Assembly (NCBI GenBank): GCA_965637545.1
Contig: OZ281494.1
Coordinates: forward strand, 1,674,001 to 1,738,000
Origin: Phallusia mammillata
Lineage: Eukaryota
Reading direction: 5' to 3'
DNA: 64,000 nt
Part shown: positions 36,686 through 50,560 of the stretch, piece by piece
How positions within the stretch are numbered: the stretch's first letter is position 1
Layout of the letters: each line of letters opens with the position of its first letter
Notes under the pieces: generated by a model
What the model saw: only the letters and a program-made list of their open reading frames with translations
Told to the model about the DNA's origin: nothing
Database searches by the model: none
Translations under genes and position numbers: made by a program

Positions 36686-39600
36686 ATGATGGTGGTCAGA
36701 GCTTTGCCGTTTGTGTTTTTGTTGATCGTTCAATGCTCATCAACTGAAACAACAAGTAAAAGTTACTTTGTGGTGAAATACCGTAGAAACACTATTACAT
36801 GCTTAAATTGATTTGTCAGGTTGCGGAACGACCATGGAAGCAGAGAAAGACAGTGTTTTGATATTATCTGACGATCTTGTGGATGCAAACACTGCACAGG
36901 AGAAATGTTCTTTGCTGGGTGGAAATCTTGCAATGACTGATGACCCACAGATCAGCACAACTCTCTTTCAACTCATGACTGACAAATACACAACAGGTTT
37001 GCCAGGATGCAAAATAACACAGACTATGTTGTAACCATAGTTCGGCATAAATTTAGCTTTAAATCAACACGTTGCACGTCATTGTCGCAAATAGATTAGA
37101 GAGAAAGCAAGTAATCGTAACATTTTTAGATTTAGAGCGAGTTTATATTTATTACAATTCCACCGATCCTAAACGATACAAATACTCAAAGAATTCCACT
37201 GAAGTGGGTTGGACGAGCACAAAATCATTTGGACATCTGTGGTATTTCGACTTGTACAAAAGGTGAAAAATAAAAAACATACTTATTGATGTATATTAGT
37301 TATACAGACTTTTGTCCAACAGCAATCCTGGAATTCGTAGACAAAAAATTAACTTCTGCAATTATGAAAACAAGAGAGTCAATGACACAGAGAGGTGGAA
37401 TGTGACAATTGGAAGAGCTTGTCAGGTCCAAGGTTTGCGTTTCAAAGAGCTTAGTAACTACGAATACACTGTTGCAGCCAGGAATAATGTATCAACAAAA
37501 TTTTAGCTCTTCCGGCAGTTTTTGTTTTAATATGCCAACGTTTCGATGTCCCATACGAAACACCTTTATCAGGGTAATGACATAAATTGCAAACACAAGT
37601 TATTATAAAGCGAAAGAGCGACGAAACACACACACACAAATGGGCGGTGGTAAAAAAACGCAGTGCGCACCAATGGTCGAGTGATAACACCCAGCTCAAT
37701 GGTGCAAAAGCGACCGATATATTATCGGCATTAGAACGTCCGTTTTAACGTTCATCGTGTTGGTGTGAGAATGTATGTATGTTCCACGACTCCAGTAAAC
37801 CTCGCTTGTGAAAGTCAGTTTCTCTCGCTAACACCTGGGCAGCAGAGAATTTTATGGCGTGATTAAGGACAGTAGCATGTTGTGCCAATGCCGATTTTTA
37901 GCATATTTCTTAGCTATATCCCTTTCATGTTCTTTACGGCGCGTATTGAAAGACCTTCCCGTTTCGCCAATGTAAATCTCGTTGCACTGTTCACATGGGA
38001 TTGCGTACAATACACCCCCTTACCGCATTTGTATCAATGGAGTCTTAGGGGTGCGACAGCATCTGACGTAGGGTGTTGACTGGTTTAATCCCTACCGTAA
38101 CTACGGTCCACAACAAAATGATGGTGCCAAAATTTTATGTTAACTGTTCATATTGATACCTAAATTTACCTAAAAATAAACACACTACGGTCTGTAAAGT
38201 CTCCAACAACAACCAAAAAAATTCATAAATAGCAAAATGTTAATTAGACTGTTTTATTTAAACTGTGTAGATTTCCAATAAAACTACTATTGTGTTACTA
38301 TCTTGCTATTTATCCCGTTTTAACTAATACGTTCTTCCCTTTATCTTTATTACTGTAGTCAAACAAAAACGTTTCTACATAGGGTTGACCTGCAAGCAAA
38401 TTCGTATTGTTTTCAGGATGGCAATTCCAGTATTCCTTGTTTTCCGAAATTAACACCCTGGGGCAACAAAAACAAATATTTACCTATGGAAGATATACAT
38501 ATCCATATTCTAGCAAGTTGCGAGGTATCAATGAGCCGTATGAAACGTTTACCAAATACGAAGGATCGTTTCTGACACCAAGTGAGCGTTTGGTTTGAAA
38601 ACATACAAAGACAAAAATTTTTGATCTTGTAATTTATATTTTTAAATAACATTCGCAAATTTTGTTTAGACATTAACATTCTGCTTGGAGCTCGTTACAA
38701 CATGTCGTCGAATGGTTGGCATTGGAGCGGCGGATCTCCGGCAAACTTTTCTGTTTTCAACGTTACAACTTGCCAGCAGGGAGCGTTGCATTATGGGATC
38801 GGATGGGAGCAGTCAAGCATGAAATGCAGTGGGGAGACGGCTTACTACGCTTGCCAAGCTAAATGTAAGTAATTATAAAACAAATTTATTTAGGTCAGGT
38901 AAACATAGACATAAAATGATTCTCCTTATTTTTTAATTCGTTTTTGAACTCACTGATCCAAACAATACAATTTGTTTAAATTGCAGACTATGTTTCCTAA
39001 TATCTTTTGCGATTTCATTACTTGCTTTTTAATGATACAGTGCATGACTTTCTTGTGACGTTTCTTTAAATATTGCAGCTTTGAGTGATTTGTGTGTATA
39101 AAAAAATTACTGTGTAGGCATTTAACCTTTTTATCCACAATTAGTCAAGGCTCATGTGAAGAAATCTAAGTGCAACGCATCAACTGTGTTTGTCAGTTGG
39201 ACTGGACTTGATCAATTCATCACGAATAACAATCTTAATGCAAAGGTAATGTTTTATCACATCATTTTTTTGACATGTGTATACTATGTCTTTTTGCAAA
39301 TGTTGTATTTAGGTTGAAATTTATGTTTTGGAAATAAACAAGAGGATCTTAGCATCCTATGCAGATCAAAACACATTCGTTGAAAACGTTGGTTTTGAAA
39401 CAGAGTATACCATCACTGTAAGTAGTGTAAAAATATTCACTGAACAAGTTTTCATCCAATGAGATAATGGCTCTCAACTTGAATTTAAATTCAATTTATG
39501 TTGCTTGATGGCATAATTAAATTCGAGAGGCAACCAAACACTTTATTACCAAATGGTGTAACCAAAAATAAAACATACAATAACAGTTTACTTCCTCTTA

Positions 39601-42600
39601 ACTTTTTTTGTTCTGGAAGCCTTAAACAAATAACAAATTCAAACAAATTTGAAATTCACAGATCACTGCAATGCTTATGGGATGCATAAACGCCAAGGTC
39701 TCAACATCCAAATCAGTAACAACTTATGAAAATCCACCATCGAGTTGCTATCCTCCAGGTAAGCTAACGTGTTTATAATTATGGTGCACATGGTGTGTCT
39801 TAACTTATCTTTGTCTTTCTTAGTAAACACGACTGCAGAGACATTTCCATGCAACGCTTCAACTGTGCTTGTCAGTTGGACTGGACTTGATGAATTCATC
39901 AAATACAACGATCTAATTGCGCAGGTTTGAAAAGTTTGTGTTTTGTTGAATTGTTTTTGAATCCTATACACATGCAGGTTGTGGTTCAAGTCCATGGGTT
40001 ACACCAAACAATTTCTTTTCCGTATTCTGACAATTCGACAATAATAGAAGATCTCATTCACTCCACTTTGTATGAAATTCAGGTAATGAACCACTTTTAT
40101 TTTGTTCATTTTCAACATACACTTTATGTATTACCAAAAATCATAACATGACTTCAAAACAACCAAGACATGAACCATAATTTTATGTATCGCAGGTTAC
40201 AGTGATTGTCACCGGTTCAATCAATACAAACATCACATCCAATCTGACAGTAACAACTCCGGGTAATCCACCTCAAAGCTGCTATCCTGAAGGTAAAAAT
40301 AAACGTTAGCAGGTTGAAAGTTACACTGAAATTGAGGAAAACAAACTTAATGTAATCATTTTTTAGTGAATATAGTTTCCGAGAAACGAGATAAACTTTT
40401 GACAACCCGCCCATATTGTAAACCACAAACAGTAGAGTTTTCTTATTTGCATTGCAGTAAACATGTCTACAGAGACATTTCCATGCAACGCTTCAACTGT
40501 GCTTGTCAGTTGGACTGGACTTGATCAATTCATCAACAATAACAAACTTATTGCACAGGTGCAGATAAAATTTGTTTTGCTGCTGTCAAACATAACTTTG
40601 TTAAACTTTTCTTGCTAACATCAACATGTAGGTTGACATTCATGTCCAGGGTTTGAATCAAATCATCTTCGTCCCGTATTATGATAATTCTACAATAATA
40701 ACAGATGTCATTTCCTCTACTTCGTATGACATCATGGTAAGCACAGTTTTTATAATTTGGTGCGCCCAAACACACTAACAAAAGCAGTTTTTTGCTATCA
40801 GATGTGTGTGACAGTTACTGGTTCAATCAACACAAACATCACAACCAATACGACAGTAACAACTCCGGGTAACCCCTCACCACGTTGTTTACGAGATAAC
40901 ACGGTCAATCCTGCAACGAGTGTTGGAATGATTGCTGGTCTGGTGATCGGGCTGTTGCTTCTGTTACTTATCATTGTTGGGCTGGTCGTTATGATTAAAC
41001 GTCGAAATCACAGGTTTGTGTATAGTTGAGTTTTCGCCGTAGGAATGTACGTTGCAGCTTTTATAGATGCTATGGTTCGTCTCATATTGATATGACTGAT
41101 CGCGAATTCACTTTGTATCAATGTTATGACAAAGTACCATCGTGATTTCACATTTAACCGAAAGTTTTTCGAAAACCATTTCGAGCAAAAAGTCATTGTA
41201 CAAACATATAGTTTATTCCTACCTCTCAATCCTCATGATCCGAAATTCTGATACGATGCATTTAAGCAACTGAAATATAAATAAGGAGGCGATGGTTCAG
41301 GAGGGAAATGAGAAACAACACGTTACGCTTTTATTGCTTTTATAGAATCAGCAAAGGTCAATCTCCCCAAGTAAACATTTCTACCGAAGCAACCCACACA
41401 GGTAAGGTTTACAATCATCAGCTGGCTTACAATAAATAAGAATATATGCGTTGCAACAAAATATCCTCCTACCATACTTAACTGTTTAAACAGGAAAAAT
41501 GACATACGAAAACCTATCTCCTTCTGCTGGTGCACCCAGAAACTGTAAAGTCACCAAATTGTTTGATGTGTACAAGAAAAATGTTGAGTCAGAACTTTTC
41601 TTTGCAAACGAGTTTAGGGTAAGGGGTAAAACAATGGAAAAAATCTATATGCAAAGTCCAGTTAAACAAACTAGAGTTACCTAATACCTTGTCTTTCATT
41701 TGTTTTTGTTTCTATTTCCAGGGGATTAAAGAACAAAGCAAAAATAACCAGCGAACGAATGACGCGTCACAGTTGCCGCAAAATGCTGTGAAAAACCGCT
41801 ACAAGAATGTTTTCCCTTGTGAGTATTGAAACACGATATGCAAAGTAGTTTTATGAATGAGTTTATGGGATTGGATTTTTTACATTCATCAAAATCTCGG
41901 GCAAAAGGGTATTTTGTTGATTTAACTTGTGTTTGTTCAATAGACGATCATGCTCGAGTGGTTTTGCAAGGTAGCGGTGGAAACGATTACATCAACGCCG
42001 CTTATATACCGGGTTACGATAACGAGAGGAAGTTCATCGCCACTCAGGGTCCGAAGAAGGAGACAGTCAACGATTTCTGGTTGATGGTTTGGCAGGAAAA
42101 CTCCAACATCATCGTAATGCTAACTGGCTTGGTGGAAAACGGAAAGGTAATTCTTAGCTTTGAATTCTTCTTAAAAATGTGGGGTTTGAATGTATTCCAA
42201 GAAATAAAAAAAACGTTTATCCTTTTTTAACGTGTTTTGCATGCAGGCAAAGTGTGAACAGTATTGGCCTGACAATGAATCCGAAATTAAGTTGTTGTCG
42301 AATTTGAAAGTTCGAACACAACATGAAGTAACCTTCGGTGGCATCGTTCAACGACAGATCGTTTTATCCTCAACCAAGGTATGTGTCAACATAATAAAAA
42401 CGTAAATGTCCAACATATATTTGTCCCACACAAACGGTATCGTATAATGTTTTCCTGTAAAATCAAACCCGCTTGAGATTGGATAACAACAATAGCAGGC
42501 AGAAAGTTGCACAAGATATTTTTGAGTGTTTGTAGCATTAACAAAAACAAACCTACTTTTCTGACTACCTTGACTATAATTAGAGTTTTGTCATGCAAAA

Positions 42601-45104
42601 TTTCAGGAAGAAATTCAAAAACATGATCCCGCGTGTTTTATCCTTAGGAACAACGAACCATAACACAGTTGCAGTTTACAACTTGGCCCGATCATGGGAT
42701 TCCAGTAACTACATCCAACATGATCCACCTACGTAACATGGTCGATGATTTGCAAAACACAAATGCTCCGATCATTGTGCACTGCAGGTAAATAATTGAC
42801 ATACCCTGTGTTAGTTTGATCGACCAATAACCATATGTTTGGATGCAGCGCTGGAGTGGGACGTACAGGTACTTACATAGCGATGGACACTTTGTTTCAT
42901 GAACTTGACGACAAAGGAACAGTTGATGTTCCACGAACTGTTCTAAAAATGAGAGAAAATCGAACAGACATGATTCAAAATTCGGTAAACTGTTGTTGCA
43001 TGTTTTCTATCTCGACTAACAAATAGAAAAATTGGTTTTCAGTTACAATCCACGTTCGCTTCTCTTGTGGAGAGGATATGATGTAAATAAGTCCAGCAAC
43101 GCATTGTCAATCATGTCTATCTTATTAAATCTGTATTTCTACAGAATCAATACATGTACGTCTACAAGCTACTTGTGGAGCGTGAGAGTTCAATGGAAAC
43201 AGATAAAGATGTAACAGAACTACAACTGATGACTTCAAGTGAATTGTGAGCAGTTTGTAGTATAGTAACTCGAACCAAATCTGCAAGCTAGTATTTCTGT
43301 TGTTGTGATTCACACATTAGCCAATGATTTTTAACTTGTGTTACAGCCAGAAAACGCAAGACAAAGAATTTAAAGCATTGTTATCGTGGAGATTTGGCGA
43401 GGAATGGCAAGAAAATCACCCAGATCTGAGAACATGTAAATCAGTGATTCCCAACTTTATAGTGGTCGCTTCAAGGCTACGCGTCGTCAACGCGTACCAA
43501 CTGGCGAACTAATTTTGCACCAGATAGCAAGTTATATACGCAACCTGGTGTTTTAAGTAATAAACGTTTAATGTCAGAATAGGCGATTCGAGTGCAAAAA
43601 CACGAAATAAATAAAATACCTGAAGGTGACTGAAAATACTTCATTTGGTTATAACTTATACCCATTTTACAGACAAGAACACGGTGGTCAAACTTTGGGA
43701 CAATAAAAGCCAAAGCATTCAACACTTGGATGCTTCCTATATTCAGGTCAGAATTAAAGTTGCTTTCAAATTGGTTGAAGCTCATTCTTTTTCGCGAAGT
43801 GCCTGATTTATATTTAATACCGCCATCTTTTTTAAAATTGTTACTTCAACGTTTCTCCTTACAGGAGCATGGCTCTTCAGACCTTATCATCGCTGCGAGA
43901 AATCCTGCTCCAGGAGAAGAAGAAAACTTCTGGAAGATGATTGTTGAACGAGGAGCCTCACTTGTCGTTGATTTGGACAACAGCATTCAAGTAATTTTGA
44001 CATTTTGCATCTTCATGAAATAGCCGTACCCTCTACTTTATACCATACATCGTTTTCAGATTCTAACCAATGCGGCTTTGCAATATGAAGACATTTCGGT
44101 GTCTGTATGTGATGTGAATGAAAGCAACGTTCACAATCTCATAACTGTCGACGTCTGGTCAACAACCAACGCTTTTGTAAGTTGAAAACTACACTAACGT
44201 CATTTTAAGCAACCTAGTTGTTACGTTAAGTTTAACATTTTTCTATAATAAGGCACTATGGCCCTTTGTAAATACCGTGTTAGGTAGCAATGCTGATGGA
44301 AACTCATTATTACGTTTTTAGGCTGCACAGCAAGTGATGCTTCTGCAAGTCAAGGGATGGAGTGACGTGGAACGACCCCCGAAAGAAATGGATTTCATCA
44401 AAATTATCGAGGAAATGCAAAGGCAAAAGACCAAACAGAATTGTCAGTGTGTGTTGGTGGGATGCAGGTAAACAAATGAGTTTTCCTCATTAAGAAATTC
44501 CTATTGTAATTTAAATTCCGTCTCAAGTAACACGATGTAGCTTCAGCGCGTTTGGTTATGATTCACCATTTGTGCCATTCACTACTTTGCGCTTCATAAT
44601 GGTTCCACGTTGCGCAGCTATTTTCGGCTTGTTGATTGTTCTGTTCCATTGTGAAGTTGCATGTGTTTTTACCAACCGAAATAAACCCATATCCACTCAA
44701 ATCAATAGAACTTCCCAAAATGCATCTAAAATTAAGTAAACAACTTTATCATTACCAAACTGCTTTATTCCTAAAGTTACAAAACGCCGCAAACATCATA
44801 CGTTTACACACTGTTTATCACAGTAACGGATCGACAAGAACTGGAACCTTCATCGCTCTGGTGAACATTCTCGAACGTTTGAAGGCACAAAAGCGGGTGG
44901 ATGTATTCCGAACTGTGAAAGACCTGAGAGATATGAGACCGAATATGGTCGACAACAAGGTAATGTTTTACTTAAGACAAAGTGTTTATATAAATGGAAA
45001 TCATTTTAATTTAGTTTATGTGCTTACAGGAACTATACAAATACTGCTACTCGGTCGTCTTCGAATATCTGTCAAATTTTGACACGTATTCAAATTTCAA
45101 GTAA
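36686..45104 (+). CDS. Receptor-type protein tyrosine phosphatase: signal peptide, split CTL-like module, 3 FN3-like repeats, TM, PTP D1 + D2
   Basis: Signal exon 36686-36755. Lectin-module exons 36820-36996, 37130-37262, 37323-37432, 38417-38581, 38670-38864. FN3-like exons 39145-40890. [31 protein letters not shown]1 motifs [52 protein letters not shown]. Degenerate D2 ends ...FDTYSNFK*. The splicing near 43430-43865 was not resolved. Confidence 0.9.
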
Positions 45105-46222
45105 ACTGTGCAGAACACGAAGTGAAATGCGAAAATACACAAATACAAACGTGACTGTTTTAATATTATAAAACGCCCTCTAAGACGTAATCCGTGGTTG
45201 GTATACACGTTATGATGATGCTTAAGCCTTGTCGACATTTCTACGTAACACTCACAACGCTTCATGCTGCACTTCACCAAAAGTAATTGTCATATTAATT
45301 GTCATAAGTTGTTTTTTATTGTAAGCATCTTTGTGTCCCATCTAGAACATATCATAGTTTAATGGTTTCCGGTAAACACAGAGAACTGCTTTTGTCCTTG
45401 TTATATCTGTATCGGACTTTGGACTTTTAATTTAAAATATATTACTTGCATGCATTTTTCGTGACGTATTGACCCGGTCAAACTCGGTCAAACCTGTTTT
45501 CTAATCACCGCACTGGTCATATACTGGCTTAAGGCTATCGTTGTATCGCTTTTAACGTGTTAACGGGAACCACGTCTTAAACGGCTTCGAGCCATGTTAC
45601 ATTTGACGTTTCTGTAAAGCAATTTAACGAATAATTACGTTTCAGAACTCAGTCAATATTCTCGGCCGTACGTATTTTACAACTATACCTGCTTTACAAC
45701 TCATAACAAAATGTGACCTGAACGCTATATAAATCGACGCATCTTAAACTTAAAATCAGTTGCTACAGAGGCATAAGTTACCGAGTGTGCATTCGAGTTG
45801 ATATCCCACAGTTGATTCGTGGCGGGTGACAATTGTGTTGCGTGTACAGTCGTAATGGCACTGTTGTTTCATGCTTCGTCTAAAATACAGATTTGGGATG
45901 TTACTTTAATTTTGCGTCTTCATAGGTTTAGTTAATCAGCGTTAGTTTGTTTATTAGAGTCAGACAAATGGAGTGTTGTTAGTTGTCTACCCAAGAGGCA
46001 GTACATATCCAATGTAACTTTTAAAACGTGTATGTAACAAAATCTCTACGCTAGAAGTGCTTTGTGATGCTCAATCTTTTTATTTTTGTAAAGTATTAAA
46101 CCGCAAATGCTTATTTTGTTTTATTCTTATTTGATTTCTTGTTTTGTTTTGCTAAGTTGACGAACTAAGTTGAAAACCGCTGTTTAAGAACAATGGATAT
46201 GAGAGTGTTTGTTCAGATAAGA

Positions 46223-46796
46223 CAGTGGTTCTTAAACTTTTTTGACTGAGACCCAAATCGGAGTTTTATGACCCAAGCTTCAAACGTATAAAATGTATTA
46301 ACGAAACGGACTGCAATTTCGAGGCCACGTCGTCGCCGCATAGAGTCTGCCCATGTCAAAATGGCTGCAGGCTTAACGAGGTCGATTCGTTCGCCAACAC
46401 TACATAACACAACACACATTGTGGCTTTGCAGCACCATGATCATTGATAGAAGTGAATGCCAAATCTAAAAATGTTTCCTTGTACGAATACTTACTCATC
46501 CTTAAACGCTTACTGTTATATCTCCAAGTTCAGTTTCGCATGATTAACTTGTCCTATTATTTCCGGTGCTATGACGATACAATCGCCATGTACGTAGCAG
46601 TAAAGTTGGAAGGCTATTGTCCTATGTGGTAATGGTTGGTTCATTTTACTGTACAACGTGGTCGAGTGTGGTGACTATACTACTACTTTAAGTTAATTCG
46701 TTTGTGTTTACAGTAGTAGTTCGTTTGGGCATAATTGAATCACCACAGCGCGACCCATTTTTTTACCCTGCGCGACCCATACTTTGAGAACCACTG
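46223..46796. mobile_element. Older hAT MITE
   Basis: Imperfect TIRs CAGTGGTTCTTAAACT / ACTTTGAGAACCACTG. The flanks (AGATAAGA, GTTTATGA) both have a central TA but are not identical. Confidence 0.65.
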
Positions 46797-47100
46797 GTTT
46801 ATGACGTCAATTACGCGGTTTCGTTTCAATGACAAGTTCCAAAAATAAGCCGCAGACAGAGCACGCCGTTTCGACCTACAAGGGCTAATCGGTGCAGCTG
46901 GTGACAAGTGATCGGCTGTATTGTGTAGCTATCCAACGGCACTCCAGTTTGTTTATACGACCTATCTCTCGTCACCAGCTGCATCGATGAGACCTTATAG
47001 GCCGAAAGAGTGTGCACTGTCTGCAGCTTATCATTTATTGGCTCTATGCTTTTACAAGTTCCAATATATTGTGAAGTTATTGTTCGTTTCAAATTGCTTT

Positions 47101-47421
47101 GCAATCTTAAAGCTGGTTTCCTATCGAGCTTCGTGCAGTCAACCACAGCGCTTGTTACATGCACGACTTTGCAAGCTTAAAGCTGGTTTCCTATCGAGCT
47201 TCGTGCAGTCAACCACAGCGCTTGTTACATGCACGACTTTGCAAGCTTAAAGCTGGTTTCCTATCGAGCTTCGTGCAGTCAATCATAGCGCTTGTTACAT
47301 GTACGACTTTGCAAGCTTAAAGCTGGTTTCCTATCTAGCTTCGTGCAATGAACCATAGCGCTTGTTACATGCACTACATCGCAAGCCCAAAGCTGGTTTC
47401 CTATCGAGCTTCGTGCAGTCA
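47101..47421 (+). repeat. 70-bp minisatellite, about 4.6 copies
   Basis: Units start at 47101, 47171, 47241, 47311, 47381 (GCAAGCTTAAAGCTGGTTTCCTATCGAGCTTCGTGCAGTC...). Confidence 0.95.
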
Positions 47422-47477
47422 AGATCCTAAAAAGTGTATTTTAACTGTTTATGTAGAGCAAAATATGTCTTAGCCTA

Positions 47478-47730
47478 CTCAGGCAAGTCTTTCCATCTTT
47501 TATCAGGAAATATCCTTGAGGACAAGAACAGTAAGCTACACCTGTCGTGTCGATACCACACATGTGAGAGCATCCCAATTCCTCCTAAAAAGCAATAAAA
47601 GTTAGAATCAACATATTCCTCACACTCTAATGGAGTGGAACCTTTTTGATATTTGGGGGCAAAAGGTAGTTTTTCAGTGTGTACGAAGCAGCAAATAAAC
47701 GAATGCGAGATTGCAGCAAACAACAACAAT
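47478..47730 (-). pseudogene. Degenerate duplicate of the EGF-domain exon pair
   Basis: The minus strand encodes EELGCSHMCGIDTTGVAYCSCPQGYFLIKDGKTCL between AG and GT. The upstream exon (...STPLECE) lacks a GT donor. Confidence 0.6.
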
Positions 47731-48387
47731 CTGAATAGTTGCAGAAAGCTTGCTGATTCTGACTAATGAGACACAATGCCCTAAACAATTTATATGTAAT
47801 TATCCACGGTAATAGATTGATTGGGTTGAATCCAGATAGTGTTTAATATGCTGCTTTGTAAACTTTTATAAATTTTTTTTGCTGCGCAAAATAAGTAGTT
47901 GGGAGCCGCATGAGGCCCTGAGTGCCGCAGCTGAGAATCAATGCACTGGTGTTAGTCCCTGCCACATAACACTTATAGTAACGGTGTAACTGCAGCGCGT
48001 CCACCATCCATCCACCAATTGCGCCCTTAACTTTGTCGCGCCTTATAACGTCCTAACGTTGCGCAGCTATGTGCGGCTTGGTGAAATTTTAAGCGAAATT
48101 GTGCTGCTACGATTTGTTTCATCGGCGAAATAAACTCAACTCATTTCAATGTGCAGTTCGTCATAAATAATGTTTTCCTAAACTTTAATTCAAAAATTAA
48201 ATGTAGTGCACATTCTACAAAAAAGGTAAATGAAACCTTGCAATCACATTATACAACTTGTAAAAACAAACCAATGTAAGTGGGTTATTTTTGTATTAAA
48301 CAACCACACGAAAGTCAATTGCAATCTGTGTATATGCCCAATATAGTTATCAGTTTATCCTTTCAGTTTTTCATCATCATCTCATTG

Positions 48388-48969
48388 TCATTCTTCCAAA
48401 TCCTCATCAGTCTTCTTGTTTCTTCCAAAACCCGACATAGGAGAGTCTTCCATCAGATTCTCAATAAACTGCTGGACCTCTAACAAATAAGTGTAATGCT
48501 AAAATTAAAGACCAATTCATGTTGCTTACTGAATTAGATAATAACCACATTTTGACATAGGTAGTTTGGGTTTAACTTGGATTACAGAACGATTGTTAAA
48601 CTGTCTAGTTATAAGTAAATTCAGAACACAGAATAAGATTTGTAGATTGTGAGAAACATATTTGAGTCTTACCAACACAAGTCTTTCTATCTTTCATCAG
48701 GAAATATCCTTCAGGGCAAATACAGCGAGCTTCACCTGTCGTGTCGATACCACACATGTGAGAGCATCCCAATTCCCCCTAGAAAGCAATTTAAGGAAGT
48801 TTCATGCAAAATATTCACACATCGAATAACAATAGAAGATTTACCTTGTTGCAAACAAGTTGGCCATCACTATCAAGTTCAGGTGCAAGAACAAAAGGTC
48901 CGTGAGAGATTTTCTTTGTTGCATCCTCAGTTTCGTCAGTGATTGATCTTTTGACTGGTTGCGCCTGAC
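48388..48969 (-). CDS. Last three exons of a minus-strand gene with one EGF-like domain and an acidic tail (5' exons not found)
   Basis: Phase-compatible exons 48969-48845, 48778-48673, 48479-48388 give GQAQPVKRSITDETEDATKKISHGPFVLAPELDSDGQLVCNKGELGCSHMCGIDTTGEARCICPEGYFLMKDRKTCVEVQQF...DEDLEE*. Six-Cys EGF with GYxLxxDxKTC. Confidence 0.75.
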
Positions 48970-50068
48970 CTGAAAAGCCCGACATTCACTTAAAAACATA
49001 GGATATCTCCAAAATTGTCGCTTAAGTAAAAAACAAAACAAAAACATTGTTTCTAGGTTGATGAAGATCGATATAATTGTTTTATTTATTTGATTTGATT
49101 TTCAGGAACTCTTAACTAAAGTATTCGTTTTAGATGCGTGAATATTGTTTTGCTTTGTTATGAACACTTGCTTTGTTATGGCCTTAACTGTGAGTATTTT
49201 TAGATATATATGTATTTTTAAATGACAAGATGCTCGTTGCGCCACCTATCGAAAATTAGCTACAGGTGGGTTTGCTCTGGGGTATGGTGTCAGTAGAATT
49301 CTCCAAACCAAAAATTGTTTTGTTTTTTTGCTACTGACTCGTCAATGAAACTTCCTTACAGAGCAATTAGGAAATCTTTTTTTTAATATGAAAAGTTTGC
49401 ATAATTAAACAATGTTGTAGTTTTGTTGTATGAAAATGTCATGGCATAGTAGCCTGTGAATTGAAGTTTTCTCGTAAGAAACATGAACGGTTAATAATAT
49501 TAATAGCTTTAGTCGTACTAAATATAAGTTTACAGTCATTTTGAAGTTGGAAAGCAGTTAAGTTTCGGAGCATTTAAGAAAGTGCTACATAAAATAGTCC
49601 TGTGCAAGCTAAACTACGTCATTTCCATCTCAAAGGTCGTGGAAGATAACGTTATCACGCTGCGATGCATCTTACGGTTTCAGGTTTAAAAAGGGCTAAA
49701 CCTACATGGGATTTTTCCAACTACTGACTCGTCTAGAGATTTTCGCATCGGAAACTTAAACCGTCAATCACAGCTTTCCCGAGTATTTTTTTCATACACG
49801 GAAGTGTTGAATATTGCTTATTCGTGAGTGATGGTGACTATACGGGCTTCAGTAATATAAGGTGTGCTTTCGGTCGAGTTAAAAACTAATCACTTTTTGT
49901 TTATCAAAAGGGCGAATGTGGGAGAGTGAGGAAAGTTTACACGTTTATACATTGGTCGAGTGCTTGAAATGATGAGATGTAGAAGGACTTTAAGATACTG
50001 TTTTTAATTCATTCAACAATACAGTGCTTGTCTATTCATGTATTAGGAAGGTCTGGATCTGAAATAAG

Positions 50069-50560
50069 ATGCGACATATCTGGTATTGTGCGGTTGGAGT
50101 CGCATTCTTTTTGATCCTCTGTTGCTGTCAGGCGAAACCAAACGGTAAGTTTATTTTACTGTACGCTTTAAATGCGCAAACAAAATATCAGCCAAGGTAC
50201 CAATAATCTAACTATAAAACTATTAATATAAACTATAAACAGATACTTAGTTTGCTTTTATGTGACCTTTTTGTAACTGTTACGCCACTTAAGCAACTAA
50301 GTTTTGTTATTTTTAAAACTTTTGTGTTTGATTTTTAGTAAAAGCCTAAAATTCATCGTTGTGTTTATGTGACATAATTATAAATTAAGTACCGAGTTAA
50401 CTGATACGTTCTATTGCTACTTTTATACTTAAAAACAAGCTCACTGATATCCAACATTATCTAGTTAGTCTTATTTCCAGGTTGCTACACAGACAATGCA
50501 AGCAGTGAAAGACAGTGTGTTGATATTATCTGATGATCTGGTGGATGCAAACACTGCACA
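50069..50560 (+). pseudogene. Stub of a CTL-module gene: signal-peptide exon plus frameshifted, truncated lectin exon A
   Basis: 50069-50144 encodes MRHIWYCAVGVAFFLILCCCQAKPN with a phase-1 GTAAG donor. 50481-50560 matches exon A with a 1-nt insertion and breaks after DANTA. Confidence 0.8.

Noticed and set aside
47101-47421. CRISPR-like appearance of regularly spaced repeats
   Set aside because: Contiguous 70-bp units with no unique spacers, in eukaryotic intron-rich DNA with no cas genes: a minisatellite.
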